Shown here piece by piece: positions 52,627 to 63,244 of a DNA stretch of 64,000 nt (positions are counted from its first letter, which is position 1; every line of letters begins with the position of its first letter). Made by a program: the position numbers and the translations under genes. The notes under the pieces were generated by a model. That model was not told the origin of the DNA, made no database searches, and worked only from the letters and a program-made list of their open reading frames with translations. Source of the DNA: Terriglobia bacterium (GTDB taxonomy: Bacteria; Acidobacteriota; Terriglobia; 20CM-2-55-15); NCBI GenBank assembly GCA_965198225.1, contig CBDAOY010000009.1, forward strand, positions 96,001 to 160,000, in the 5' to 3' direction.

Positions 52627-53955
52627 TTAGTCTTTCTCCACGCTGACCGAACCCCCTGAAACGAACCGCCCCCTCGCTTTTACGGGAATCCGCATGTGCC
52701 CGTAGGTCGTACTGCGCTCCACGACCTCCAGTGCGTATGCGTTGTCCACCCAGTCGCACATCTCATACTGGTCGAGCGTTCCGTCTGCAACCGCGGGCGA
52801 GAGATAGTAGAACCCGGCCTGGAGAAAGGGGATGTCCATCACGAAATCGACAGTCAATCGGCTTCCCATCCCGGCCGGAGGCAGCGGCTCTCCTTCAAAG
52901 AGCGTGTTCGTGCCGGTCACGTCCTCACCGAGGCGGTTTCGGAGCATAAACCCGACATTGGGTCGTTCGACCTGCTCGAGAAACTCCGCAGAGATTCGGA
53001 TACAGACGCGATCGCCCTGGGTGGCACTGACCACGGGGGCCCCATGGTCGGAGAAAGCGCCGATTCCCCGGACCATCGCCTTCCGGTTTCCGAAACGCTG
53101 ATCGATGTTGGGCATCGTCTCGACGAACTCCGGCATCCGATCCAGGGCGGCGGCAGGCAACTCGAGCCCACCCGCTGAAGGCAGAGGTTGCCCTAAAGGC
53201 CGATCTTCCGTCGACTCGTTCCGGCCCTTCATGATCATCGCCGCCAGGTAGGCGGAAACAACTTCATCGGTAGAGCCGTCGGACCGGATCTCGCCGTGCT
53301 CCATCCAGATCGTCCGGTCGGCCAGGCTGCGAACCGCTTCCAGGTCGTGGGAGACAAACAGAATCGTCACGCCACGCCCCTTCAATTCATGGATCTTCCG
53401 CATGCATCGCTGCTGAAAAAAGTAGTCCCCGACCGAGAGGGCTTCGTCGATGATCAGGATGTCGGGATCCATGTGGATCGCGACCGCGAATGCCAAGCGG
53501 ACGAACATCCCGGTGGAATAGGTCTTCACAGGACGGTCGATGAACTCTCCGATCTCGGCGAAAGCCTCGATGCTCGGAATCCGGTGACGGGTCTCGGTGT
53601 CGCTGAAACCGAGAATCGACGCATTCAGGAGAACATTGTCGCGGCCGGTGAATTCCGGGTTGAACCCGGCCCCGAGCTCCAGCAGCGCGGACACCCTACC
53701 CGAAACCCGAACATCGCCCGATGTCGGGCGGATGACACCGGCAACAATCCGGAGCAGCGTACTCTTTCCGGAACCGTTCTCACCGATAATGCCAAGGCAG
53801 CCACCCGATTCGACCTCGAAACCAACATCCCTAACGGCCCAGAACGGAGTGTGGTAGTGCAGACAGCCCAAGCTGAGGATCTCCTTGAGGTGATCGGAGG
53901 GTTTCGCGTAAACGCGAAAGCACTTCGACAGGCCTACCGCCTCTACCGCTGTCAT
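52627..53955 (-). CDS. wzt: Polysaccharide ABC exporter ATPase with C-terminal carbohydrate-binding module
   Basis: GENGSGKST, LELGAGF, YSTGMFVRLAF, DEALSVGD, C-terminal beta domain. Confidence 0.93.
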   Translation of the reverse strand: MTAVEAVGLSKCFRVYAKPSDHLKEILSLGCLHYHTPFWAVRDVGFEVESGGCLGIIGENGSGKSTLLRIVAGVIRPTSGDVRVSGRVSALLELGAGFNPEFTGRDNVLLNASILGFSDTETRHRIPSIEAFAEIGEFIDRPVKTYSTGMFVRLAFAVAIHMDPDILIIDEALSVGDYFFQQRCMRKIHELKGRGVTILFVSHDLEAVRSLADRTIWMEHGEIRSDGSTDEVVSAYLAAMIMKGRNESTEDRPLGQPLPSAGGLELPAAALDRMPEFVETMPNIDQRFGNRKAMVRGIGAFSDHGAPVVSATQGDRVCIRISAEFLEQVERPNVGFMLRNRLGEDVTGTNTLFEGEPLPPAGMGSRLTVDFVMDIPFLQAGFYYLSPAVADGTLDQYEMCDWVDNAYALEVVERSTTYGHMRIPVKARGRFVSGGSVSVEKD

Positions 53956-53964
53956 GTCCGCTGC

Positions 53965-54774
53965 CTACAGAACATCAGCAAACGCCGCCTTGGATTGCCT
54001 GAAGAAGAGGGCTCCGACCAGAAATGCCGCCGTCGTCCAGGCCAGCAGGATTAGGACGTGCTGTGGGGATGGCGCCGAAAGCTGGAGAAACGCATTACGA
54101 TATCCGATGACGAGAGTCGACATCGGGTTCAGAGCAACGATGGCGCGGAATCGGTCGGGAACCAGTTCGGGAACGTACAGGATCGGCGTAAACCAGAACC
54201 AGAAGATCATCAGAACGTTCACGATCTGGCTCGTGTCCCGGAAAAAGACGTTCAGACCCGACACGAGCCACCCCAATCCCTGGGCCAGAAGGATGAGGAT
54301 CGGAAGGTAGACGACAACCCACAGAGCCGACAGCTCTACCGTTTCGAACATGGCCAGAACGCCCAGCAGGATCGCCAGGCCGATGACGTGATGGATCAGG
54401 TTGGAGACCATGATCGCGATCGGGAGGATCTCTGAGGGAATCACGGTCTTGGTGATCAGGTTGGCGTTGTCGGTCATCGCCGTGCAGCTCCGCATCACGG
54501 TGTCGGAGAACATCAGCCACGGCAGGAATCCTGAAAAGACATAGATCGCAAAGTTCTCGGTACCAAACCGCTCGGAATCGATGCCGATCCTGAAAATCAA
54601 CGTGAACACGAAGTAATAGCTGACGAGCAGGACGATCGGGTGCACGATCGACCAGACAAATCCCCCGACCGAACCCACGTAGCGTTGCTTGAGGTCTCGT
54701 AGTATCAGGTTCTTCAGTAGATTGCGGTTCGCCGTCAGTCGGCGTAGGAAGAACCACAGATCGCGCAACGTCAT
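53965..54774 (-). CDS. wzm: Polysaccharide ABC exporter permease
   Basis: RDLKQRYVGS..GFVW, FFRD, TPILY, LNP. Confidence 0.93.
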   Translation of the reverse strand: MTLRDLWFFLRRLTANRNLLKNLILRDLKQRYVGSVGGFVWSIVHPIVLLVSYYFVFTLIFRIGIDSERFGTENFAIYVFSGFLPWLMFSDTVMRSCTAMTDNANLITKTVIPSEILPIAIMVSNLIHHVIGLAILLGVLAMFETVELSALWVVVYLPILILLAQGLGWLVSGLNVFFRDTSQIVNVLMIFWFWFTPILYVPELVPDRFRAIVALNPMSTLVIGYRNAFLQLSAPSPQHVLILLAWTTAAFLVGALFFRQSKAAFADVL

Positions 54775-54794
54775 CCGTTCAGCTCCCCGATCAA

Positions 54795-54891
54795 TCAGTA
54801 TCAGTAGTCAGTAGTCAGTTACTAAGATGATGTCACAACTTTCCTACTTGTCGCTCGTCACTTGTCACTCGTCACTGGCTCCAGTCACTCG
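54795..54891. repeat. Two heptamer arrays of different families
   Basis: TCAGTAG-TCAGTAG-TCAGTTA and CTTGTCG-CTCGTCA-CTTGTCA-CTCGTCA. Confidence 0.8.
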
Positions 54892-54919
54892 TACCCGTAT
54901 CGGTCGTCAGCTCGTTCCA

Positions 54920-55942
54920 TCACGAACCTAGCGTCAGAGCTCGGATCGTGATCCGATGCTGCCATAGCAGGCGTGTAAACTCGGGACTGCCCACACGGGT
55001 AAAACGTCGAATCTGGCGCCTTGAACGCCACATCACGCCAAACTGCTTCAGGCCGGACCAGTAGGCTTTCAGGATCATCAGCACCAGCGTGCGCCGCGAA
55101 CACTCCGCAGCAAATTGGCCGGACGAGCCCGAAGAAAAGATCGCACCGTAGGCGTGAAAAACGAACCGGAGCGCGGTAAAGATGGGCGAGACAAAGAGCA
55201 GCGGTAGAGGAAACACCTTCAGCGCTACCCAGATCCGGTTCCTCTCGATCAGGAACGCCTTGAGCGCGGAGAACTCACCGGCCGTCGCGGAATGGATGTG
55301 ATAGACGACCGCGCTCGGGACATATATACATGTCCAACCGGCAAGACGGCCGCGGAGACCGAGGTCTGCATCATCGCCATAGGCGAAGAACTGCTCATCG
55401 AACAGGCCGACCTCGTCGAGCATGTCGCGACGGTAGAGCGCGGCCGCTGCGTCGGGGAACAGAACCTCCTCGACGCGGTCAAACTGTCCCGTATCCATCT
55501 CCCCGGACCCACGACCGTGGTTGAGCCCGTCCAGGTAGATCAGATGTCCCGCTTTGTCGATGCGGCGGCGGTCTCCGGCGAACAGGATCTTGCTGGCGCA
55601 CATCCCACGGGAGGGCTCCGCCTCCATCGCATCCACGAGCGCGCCGAGCCACCCCGGGTGCGCTTCGGCGTCGTTGTTGAGCGTCGCGATGCAGGCGCCG
55701 CGGGCGACCCGGATGCCTTCGTTCGATCCACCCGCAAAACCGCGGTTATCCGGCAGAGCCACTATACGAAGTCGCTCTTCGGCCATGGAGCGCAGATAGT
55801 CCACCGATCCGTCCGTGGAGCCGTTGTCGACAACGATGACCTCGAAGTCCTCATAGACCTGACTCCAGAGCGAGTTCAGACAACTCTCGAGCATCATCCG
55901 TCCGTTCAGGTTGACGACGACGACGGAAACCCGCGGGCTCAC
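54920..55942 (-). CDS. Family 2 glycosyltransferase
   Basis: VDNGSTDGS, NRGFAGG, LNNDA, GLFDE..YGDDADL. Confidence 0.92.
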   Translation of the reverse strand: MSPRVSVVVVNLNGRMMLESCLNSLWSQVYEDFEVIVVDNGSTDGSVDYLRSMAEERLRIVALPDNRGFAGGSNEGIRVARGACIATLNNDAEAHPGWLGALVDAMEAEPSRGMCASKILFAGDRRRIDKAGHLIYLDGLNHGRGSGEMDTGQFDRVEEVLFPDAAAALYRRDMLDEVGLFDEQFFAYGDDADLGLRGRLAGWTCIYVPSAVVYHIHSATAGEFSALKAFLIERNRIWVALKVFPLPLLFVSPIFTALRFVFHAYGAIFSSGSSGQFAAECSRRTLVLMILKAYWSGLKQFGVMWRSRRQIRRFTRVGSPEFTRLLWQHRITIRALTLGS

Positions 55943-56913
55943 GCTCCCCTCCCCTCGGACTTCTCCGCTTCGACCACCAAGGTGGCGCCCCGGCCCAGAG
56001 CCGCCTCCAGCGCCGCCAGGGGGTAAGACAGAAGGACGATCTTCAGGTACACGAAGCGGCGGAACCAGCCGCCGATGACCGTTTCACGGGAGCCGCGTTG
56101 ACGCAGTCGCACCGCCCGACTGACAGGATCCAGCCCGGGAAACAGACTCGACGCGAGGGCGGGAGCGTTGTCACGCAGGTTGAAGTGACGCACGCGTCTG
56201 ACGTCGAAGCCAGACTCGGAGAGCAGCCTCAGGAGCGAGGATCGGGAATAGTCGATCACGTGGCGGGGCACGTCGAGGCCGTACCACCGGGCTCCGAAAA
56301 ACTGGAATTGTACGCTGTCGATGTTGGGAACCTGGACGACGACGCGACCTCGAGGCTTCAGGACTCGGATGACTTCCGCTAGCACTTCTCTGGGGTTAGG
56401 CACATGCTCGAGGGTATGGAGCAACACCACGACGTCGAAACCCTCGGCGGGAAGAGACAGTTTCTCGAGCGAGCCGAGGGCCACATCGATGCCGTGTTCT
56501 TTCCGGGTAATCTCTACGGCGCGGAGGGAAAGGTCCACCCCGGCGACATCGAACCCCCTTTTCTTTAGAAGACTCAGAAGGGTGCCGGGTCCACAACCCA
56601 CATCCAGAATTCGTGCCCTCGACCCGGATGGCGTCGCATGCGCCGCGGCAGCGATGAATCGGACATGATCGATGAGGGCGAAACGACGGTAGAGTCCTTC
56701 GAGCTTCGGCAACAGGCCTCGCCGCTCATCCCACCAGTACTGCTCGGGGTAGAAGGCGGCGATTCGGTCCATCCCCGGCATCGGGTCGAGAAACAGGCAA
56801 CGACAATCGCGACAGGAATGAAGTGTGAAGTCCTCATCTGTCGTTTCGAACAGAAAGTCGCTGCCCCGGCCGAAAAAGGCGGTTTCACTCGCCAGACAGA
56901 CTGGACAGTTCAT
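55939..56913 (-). CDS. Class I SAM-dependent methyltransferase with N-terminal Zn ribbon
   Basis: CPVC..CRDC, LDVGCGPG, HTLEHV, VPN, PRH. Confidence 0.9.
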   Translation of the reverse strand: MNCPVCLASETAFFGRGSDFLFETTDEDFTLHSCRDCRCLFLDPMPGMDRIAAFYPEQYWWDERRGLLPKLEGLYRRFALIDHVRFIAAAAHATPSGSRARILDVGCGPGTLLSLLKKRGFDVAGVDLSLRAVEITRKEHGIDVALGSLEKLSLPAEGFDVVVLLHTLEHVPNPREVLAEVIRVLKPRGRVVVQVPNIDSVQFQFFGARWYGLDVPRHVIDYSRSSLLRLLSESGFDVRRVRHFNLRDNAPALASSLFPGLDPVSRAVRLRQRGSRETVIGGWFRRFVYLKIVLLSYPLAALEAALGRGATLVVEAEKSEGRGA

Positions 56914-56953
56914 GGTCAGGAAAGGGATTCTGGCATCTAGGTCTCAGAGCGGT

Positions 56954-58765
56954 TCACTCCAGATAAAACCGGAGGGTCAGCCGGAAAGAAAAGGAAATCG
57001 ACTCGTTCCGGCGCCGGGCCGGCTGGAACACCCATTCCCGAACCGCCGCAACGGACGCGTCGTTGAGCTCCCGAATGTCGGAGCGCAGGACCCGGACGTC
57101 TTCGGTCCGACCTCTTCTGTCCAGGTCGATTTCGAGGACAATCCGTCCTTCGACACCCCTTCTGCGGAGATCGGCAGGGTAGTCGGGCAGCATCGATGAA
57201 ACCAGCTTCGGAGACGTTATGTCCCGGGGTCTGCCCGAAGTCACCGCGATGCTTATCCGGCCGATCGGCGCCGGCTCGGGGGGGGCGGCGACCGGTCGCG
57301 GGTCAACCTCTCTCGCCAATTCCTCAACCTCCCGGCGCAACTCCTCCACGCGTTCCGCTTCGGCGGCGCGACGGTGCAACTCCATCCGGCGGTAGAAGGT
57401 GCGGACGAGAAGCAAAAAGCGTTCCCGCGACGCCGGATCGTGGTGCGGAAGCTCGGCGGCGATCGCCGCAGCCTCGCCGGCCCTTGTGTAATCGCCAAGA
57501 AGCATCTCCGCCTCGGCGAGGACCTCGTAAGAACGATCCGCTGATTCGGGCTCCAGCTCGATTGCACGGTCGAGGAGCGGAAGCGCCTCCTGGGGCCGTC
57601 CGTCCACGGCGTGGAGGAAGGCCAGTTCTGCGAGTGCTCGCCCCATTCGAGGCATTAGATCGACCGCACGCTCGAGCGCAGCAATCTGCGTCTTCCGCTG
57701 TTCATCGGTCTCGGCCCGCATCGTGCCGAGATGGTAATGCAGCAGACCAGCTTCGGGGAACTCTCGAGCGAGCACCTCCAGCGACCGTCGCGAAGCGGCC
57801 GATTCACGTTGGAGCCTGGACAGGATCGCTAGACCGACACGCGCCTCGTCGGCGGAACTCTGTTCGTAGAGGTACGTCGCCGCGCGGTGACGGCCCGACG
57901 CAACGAGCAGGTCCCCCCTCCTCCTGACGGACTCTGCGGCCGACATCTCCCGGGCCGGTGCCGAGACGTCGACAGGCATCAGTGAAAGCGCCGTGTCGGT
58001 ATACGAGCTCATCTTCTCCGCGACGTCCGATTCATCAAGCTCGGGTGTTGCCCCAGATCCGTCCTCTTCGCCCAACGCCCGAAGGTAGGCGCGGAATTGA
58101 TCGCTATGGTTCTCCATCAGGACCCGCAGCAGATGGTAGGACTGCTGGCGGAACGTCCCGCCGTCCTCCAAGTCGTTGTAGTCTTCGCGCGGTACGATCG
58201 TCAGCAGATCCTCGACCGAGTATGCGTCTTCCGAAGACACCGCGTCGTCCGCTCTGCCACGGCCCAGCAGCCTCATGTACTCTCCCACTCCCTCCTGCAG
58301 CCAGAATGGCTGCCATAGGGTCGATCGTGCGAGAAGCAGGTGGCCCAGGGAGTGGGCGACATCATCGGCGATGTCGGATGGATCGTGATCCCGGCCGAGG
58401 ATGAAAGTTCCAGTCGGCGAATAGACGAGATACCCGGACCGATCCGCAATCAGGCGCGGATCCCCCAACATTTCGCCGACCCTCTTGAGGACCGACTCGG
58501 GCACCGAATCCCGAAGCTCATCCCTGTTGTCCATCAGGAAAACCTGTATCGGGACCTGACGCGGATCGAGAGGAAGGAAAGCAGCGGAAAAAGCAGCGTA
58601 GCGCGCCTCGAGATCCTGGAGCAGTCGAGTCGCTTTGCGCGCGTCGGTGTCGGTGTAGAGAACAAAGTTCTCCGAGGCGACCTCAATCCAGTCGGCGGCA
58701 ATGGCCGGCACCGGGAACGCCAGGAGAGAGACAGTCAGAGTGAGCGTGAGATGGAGGAGACTCAT
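56954..58765 (-). CDS. Secreted gluzincin-like + TPR + TonB C-terminal domain protein
   Basis: Signal peptide, HSLGH..WLQEGVGEY, TPR helices, Pro-rich linker, PDYP..GVEGRIVL..AVREWVFQPA. Confidence 0.75.
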   Translation of the reverse strand: MSLLHLTLTLTVSLLAFPVPAIAADWIEVASENFVLYTDTDARKATRLLQDLEARYAAFSAAFLPLDPRQVPIQVFLMDNRDELRDSVPESVLKRVGEMLGDPRLIADRSGYLVYSPTGTFILGRDHDPSDIADDVAHSLGHLLLARSTLWQPFWLQEGVGEYMRLLGRGRADDAVSSEDAYSVEDLLTIVPREDYNDLEDGGTFRQQSYHLLRVLMENHSDQFRAYLRALGEEDGSGATPELDESDVAEKMSSYTDTALSLMPVDVSAPAREMSAAESVRRRGDLLVASGRHRAATYLYEQSSADEARVGLAILSRLQRESAASRRSLEVLAREFPEAGLLHYHLGTMRAETDEQRKTQIAALERAVDLMPRMGRALAELAFLHAVDGRPQEALPLLDRAIELEPESADRSYEVLAEAEMLLGDYTRAGEAAAIAAELPHHDPASRERFLLLVRTFYRRMELHRRAAEAERVEELRREVEELAREVDPRPVAAPPEPAPIGRISIAVTSGRPRDITSPKLVSSMLPDYPADLRRRGVEGRIVLEIDLDRRGRTEDVRVLRSDIRELNDASVAAVREWVFQPARRRNESISFSFRLTLRFYLE

Positions 58766-58812
58766 CCTAATAGCCTAATCGATTGAGGTCTTCCCGAAAC
58801 TTACTGAGGCCA

Positions 58813-58930
58813 AATTGCAAATCGCGATATTTAAACAATCCACATTGCAGGTTGCTCATTGCAAGTTGTTTCATCTCATATTTCCGGCAAATGACAAATC
58901 GAGCAATTTCCGATCTGCAACTTCCAATGC
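58813..58930. repeat. AT-rich spacer with inverted heptamer arms
   Basis: ATTGCAG-GTTGCTC-ATTGCAA ... AGCAATT-TCCGATC-TGCAACT-TCCAATG. Confidence 0.65.
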
Positions 58931-58963
58931 GGATTCATCCGATGACCAACCTTCAATATTCGC

Positions 58964-60868
58964 CTATAGAGGAGGCCCCTCCACAAACTCCACTTTGACG
59001 GGTACGCCGAGAAACTCGCTACCTTCCGGCGCTTCGCGATAGGTCACGACGACGGGCATGGGCGGATCGACGGGCCCGCAACTCAGCTCCGTTCCGATTG
59101 CCGAGGTCGAAGTGGCGAACTCCACCCGGTCCGGGGATCGAGTGTGGAAACTGAACGTGTCGTCCTGGGTCAGTATCGTCAGCGTCAAACCGTCGCGGCA
59201 GTCGATCAGGCTCAGCCAGCCCCGCACCTGCTCTCCTGAAACAACTCGGCTCAGCTGCACCCGATCATCCGCAATACCGACAGGAGGGGACTCCACCGCC
59301 CGCGTGGATGTTTCGATACTGGGGGCCATCGTGGTCGCCTCAACCGGGGCCGACGTGATCTCAGTGAATCCTTCACCGGCCAATCCTCGGCCCTCTCGCC
59401 TTCCGGCAATCGACGCCAGAATCGATTCTGCCTGCTGCCGGACGGCCTGATCCCGGATCACATCCAGCAATGGGAGCAGTACGTTCCTTGCAGAACCGTA
59501 GCTTCCCTGCGCGATCAGAATCCGGCTGAGGGTGACCACGTATTCGTGATCTCCGGGCCGCAGGTTCAGAGCGGCGTCAACCAGCTGAAAGGCCGCCTGG
59601 AGCTCCTCACGACGATTCAAGTATGTCAGCGCGAGCTCGTGGTAGGCATCGGGATAGCTCGGTCCCAGGCGGATCGCCTCCCTCAGTTCTTTCCGAGCAT
59701 CCGACAACTGGTCGCCCGACAGGTCCGGATTCTCCCTCAAGAAGGACAACGCGTAATAGAAGTGGCTCAGATGAGTGGCTCGGGTGCTTCGGACGCTGCG
59801 CTCCAGGTACTCCCTCGCCTCGGCGAAACTCCCCTGGCGGAGCCTGAGCGCTCCCAGTGAGTCATAGGCGTCGGCCAGGTTCTCATCCTCGGCGATCGCA
59901 CGCTGGAAGTAGGCCTCCGCGGTGTCGGTGAGGTTGGCACGGACGAGTACTTCGCCCAGGTACGTCTGCGCTTGGGCGCGAGAGAGGCTCTCTCCGCCGA
60001 CGGTGACCGACTCCCCGTTTCCACCCGCCAGCGGCATCGTCAGATAGGGATAGGTCCCCCGCTGATCGAGGTGATTGTCGAACTCGGCCAGGAGATTCCT
60101 GAAGTTGACGCTAAACGCCTCGTCAACCGCCTCTTCGAAAGGTCTGCCGGAAGCCAGCAGCCGCACGAACCGTCCGGTCTCCGGTTCTCCCTGTCCTTGT
60201 TTACGGGTCATCAGAAAGTGCACAAGGGCCCAGGACTGGGCGTAGAAGATACGATCCCGGTCCGCCTCGTCGTACAGATCCGAGTCGCGTGTGACGGCGA
60301 CCAGCTCTTCGAGACTCAGCCGATCATCTTCATCCCGTACGAGGCGAATATGCGAGTTTATCGGACGGCCGATCAGAATCTGGGTGCGGTCTTCAGACCA
60401 CTGCACCGTCGAATAGTATTCGGCGAGACCTTCCAGCAGCCAGAGCGGCGCATTCGGGAGGTTCTCGCCGGCAATCGCATGGAAGTAGTCGTGGAAGATC
60501 GGTACGAACGGCTGATTGCGTCTCGTTTCCGTGCTCAGAAGGACAAAATTGTCGGTCTCACCGCGGAGGAAATAGCCGTCCAGGTCGTTGCCGACTTCCA
60601 ACTGCCGCACCTCCCTGGGGTCGTCGAGTACCAGCACCGTCGTCGGGGGCAGCGACCGATAGCGGGCGCCCTGGAAAATTCTCAGGACGGCGGTTCGGAA
60701 GGCTTCCAATCGCGCGGCGGTCAGCTGGAGATCTCGGGCGTCGGCGCTGCCGGCAAGCGTATATCGCTCCGACCGGGCGCCGAGCCAGCCGTCCTGTGCC
60801 AGGAGTGGCGGAGTCAGGAAGCCCAACGCGACGGCTGCAAGGGCGCTGATGGACAATGCTCGGATCAT
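58964..60868 (-). CDS. Secreted gluzincin-like (DUF1570-like) + TPR protein
   Basis: Signal peptide MIRALS..LAQ, HDYFH..PLWLLEGLAEYY, FYAQSWALVHFL, several TPRs; start at 60868 or 60880. Confidence 0.75.
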   Translation of the reverse strand: MIRALSISALAAVALGFLTPPLLAQDGWLGARSERYTLAGSADARDLQLTAARLEAFRTAVLRIFQGARYRSLPPTTVLVLDDPREVRQLEVGNDLDGYFLRGETDNFVLLSTETRRNQPFVPIFHDYFHAIAGENLPNAPLWLLEGLAEYYSTVQWSEDRTQILIGRPINSHIRLVRDEDDRLSLEELVAVTRDSDLYDEADRDRIFYAQSWALVHFLMTRKQGQGEPETGRFVRLLASGRPFEEAVDEAFSVNFRNLLAEFDNHLDQRGTYPYLTMPLAGGNGESVTVGGESLSRAQAQTYLGEVLVRANLTDTAEAYFQRAIAEDENLADAYDSLGALRLRQGSFAEAREYLERSVRSTRATHLSHFYYALSFLRENPDLSGDQLSDARKELREAIRLGPSYPDAYHELALTYLNRREELQAAFQLVDAALNLRPGDHEYVVTLSRILIAQGSYGSARNVLLPLLDVIRDQAVRQQAESILASIAGRREGRGLAGEGFTEITSAPVEATTMAPSIETSTRAVESPPVGIADDRVQLSRVVSGEQVRGWLSLIDCRDGLTLTILTQDDTFSFHTRSPDRVEFATSTSAIGTELSCGPVDPPMPVVVTYREAPEGSEFLGVPVKVEFVEGPPL

Positions 60869-60887
60869 TGCCGGTATCATCTCGGGT

Positions 60888-62453
60888 TCAAAGCGGGATG
60901 TTGCCGTGTTTCTTGGGCGGCGTCGCATCCCTCTTGGTGTCCAGCATACGCAAAGCGTGGATCAACTTGGGCCGAGTGTTGCTGGGCTCGATAATCTCGT
61001 CGATAAAACCGCGCTCGGCGGCGATGTAGGGGGTAGCGAACTTCTCTCGAAACTCGTCTACCTTCTCGACCCGGATTTCGTCGACACCGTCGCCCGCTGC
61101 CGCCAGCTCGCGTCGATAGATGATGTTGACCGCCCCTTCTGGTCCCATCACGGCGATCTCGGCGGTCGGGAACGCGAAATTCACATCCGTTCTGATGTGT
61201 TTGCTAGCCATAACGCAGTAGGCCCCGCCATAAGCCTTGCGGGTGATTACGGTGATTTTCGGTACTGTCGCTTCGGCAAAAGCGTAGAGCAGTTTCGCGC
61301 CGTGTTTGATAATCCCGCCGAACTCCTGATTGGTGCCCGGCAGAAACCCCGGAACATCCTCGAAGGTGATCAGCGGGATGTTGAAAGCATCACAGAATCG
61401 GACGAACCGCGCCCCCTTGATCGAACAATCGATGTCGAGGCACCCGGCAAGGAACGCGGGCTGATTCGCGACAATCCCGACCGGCCGTCCTTCAAGCCTG
61501 GCAAAACCGATGACCAGGTTCTTCGCGTAATGCTCCTGTACCTCAAAGAAGTAGTTGTCATCGACCACGGCGTGGATGACATCCTTGATGTCATACGGAA
61601 GGTTGGAGTCATCGGGAACGATTTCGTTGAGGCTTTCCTCGGCCCGGTCCCACGGATCGGCTGTCGGACGGACCGGCGGGTCCTCCAGGTTGTTGGCCGG
61701 CAGGAAAGACATCAGCTCTCGGATCAGGAGCAGACATTCCTCGTCGTCGGCGGCCGCGAAGTGTGCCACACCGCTCGTACTGTTGTGGGTTGTCGCTCCG
61801 CCGAGCTCCTCCTTGGTCACTTCTTCGTGGGTCACCGTCTTGATCACGTCGGGACCCGTTACGAACATGTAGCTGGTCTGGTCGACCATGAAGATAAAGT
61901 CGGTAATCGCGGGGGAATACACCGCCCCGCCGGCGCACGGGCCCATGATCGCCGAGATCTGTGGTATGACGCCTGAGGCCAGGGTGTTGCGGAGGAAGAT
62001 ATCGGCATAGCCGCCGAGCGACATCACGCCTTCCTGGATGCGTGCACCACCGGAGTCGTTTAGCCCGATGAGGGGAGCCCCCATCTTCATCGCCAGGTCC
62101 ATGATCTTGCAGATCTTCAGCGCGTTGGATTCGCTCAGCGATCCGCCGAAGACGGTAAAGTCCTGGGCAAACACGTAGACGAGGCGGCCGTCGATGCGGC
62201 CATAACCGGTGATGAAGCCGTCGCCGGGATACTGCTGGGACTCCATACCGAAGTCCGTGCTGCGATGCTTGACGAACTTGTCGAGTTCCTGGAACGATCC
62301 CTGGTCCAGCAGCAGATCAATCCGCTCGCGTGCGGTCTTCTTGCCTTCCGATCTTTGACGTTCGAGTCGCTTCTCGCCGCCACCCAGCTCGGCCTGATCG
62401 TTTAACCGCCGTAGTTGCTCGAGCTTGTCGCTTGCCGTGATCTTCGTCGTCAT
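60888..62453 (-). CDS. Acyl-CoA (propionyl/methylmalonyl-CoA type) carboxyltransferase beta subunit
   Basis: [44 protein letters not shown]. Confidence 0.95.
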   Translation of the reverse strand: MTTKITASDKLEQLRRLNDQAELGGGEKRLERQRSEGKKTARERIDLLLDQGSFQELDKFVKHRSTDFGMESQQYPGDGFITGYGRIDGRLVYVFAQDFTVFGGSLSESNALKICKIMDLAMKMGAPLIGLNDSGGARIQEGVMSLGGYADIFLRNTLASGVIPQISAIMGPCAGGAVYSPAITDFIFMVDQTSYMFVTGPDVIKTVTHEEVTKEELGGATTHNSTSGVAHFAAADDEECLLLIRELMSFLPANNLEDPPVRPTADPWDRAEESLNEIVPDDSNLPYDIKDVIHAVVDDNYFFEVQEHYAKNLVIGFARLEGRPVGIVANQPAFLAGCLDIDCSIKGARFVRFCDAFNIPLITFEDVPGFLPGTNQEFGGIIKHGAKLLYAFAEATVPKITVITRKAYGGAYCVMASKHIRTDVNFAFPTAEIAVMGPEGAVNIIYRRELAAAGDGVDEIRVEKVDEFREKFATPYIAAERGFIDEIIEPSNTRPKLIHALRMLDTKRDATPPKKHGNIPL

Positions 62454-62475
62454 AGGTGGAAGCCCGCCGGTCCGC

Positions 62476-63132
62476 TCACTTCTCGATCGGAGTTGCCATG
62501 CTCTCCCAATCTTTCAGAAAACGCTCGATCCCGATGTCAGTCAGGGGATGCTTCATCAGCTGGATAAACACCTTGTAGGGAAGCGTGCAGATGTCGGCCC
62601 CGACTCGGCCCGCCTCGACTAGGTGCATCGGGCTTCTGATGGATGCCACCAGGACCTCGGTACTGAAGTCGTAGTTGTCGAATATTGTCACGATGTCCCC
62701 GATCAGGGACATGCCGTCCTGGGAGATGTCGTCCAGCCGGCCTACGAAGGGACTCACGAAATAGGCGCCCGCTTTGGCGGCCATGATGGCCTGGGGCGCG
62801 GAGAAAATGAGTGTGACATTGACGCGAATGTTGTCATCGCTGAGCGCTTTCGTCGCTTTCAGACCCTCCAACGTGAAGGGACACTTCACGACGATGTTGG
62901 GATGGATGGTCGCTAGACTGCGCCCTTCCTGCACCATTCCCTCCGCGTCGCGACTGACGGCCTCCGCGCTCACCGGGCCTTCGACGATGGAGCAAATCTT
63001 GAGCAGTTGGTCTTCGAAACTGTTCCCTTCCTTGGCGATCAGCGAGGGATTGGTCGTAATTCCGTCCAGGATTCCAGTGCTGGCTGCCTCGCTGATCTCG
63101 TCTAGATTTGCAGTGTCGAGGAAGAATTTCAT
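62476..63132 (-). CDS. tal: Small transaldolase (FSA-like family)
   Basis: [12 protein letters not shown], Glu in SAE and Phe in SPFVGR point to transaldolase rather than F6P aldolase. Confidence 0.88.
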   Translation of the reverse strand: MKFFLDTANLDEISEAASTGILDGITTNPSLIAKEGNSFEDQLLKICSIVEGPVSAEAVSRDAEGMVQEGRSLATIHPNIVVKCPFTLEGLKATKALSDDNIRVNVTLIFSAPQAIMAAKAGAYFVSPFVGRLDDISQDGMSLIGDIVTIFDNYDFSTEVLVASIRSPMHLVEAGRVGADICTLPYKVFIQLMKHPLTDIGIERFLKDWESMATPIEK

Positions 63133-63244
63133 GCCGGGTCATTCTCCTGTTTGTTTGGTGTGATCGAAGGCCTATTCTACCGGATTTTCGACGCCACGCA
63201 CATTGTTGCGGCCCTCCCCGGCCTCGCGTCGGAAATCCTCCGAT

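Noticed and set aside
44663-56913. Glycan locus as a tRNA-Gln-integrated genomic island
   Set aside because: No integrase, no duplicated tRNA 3' end seen, and ispE lies between the tRNA and the locus.
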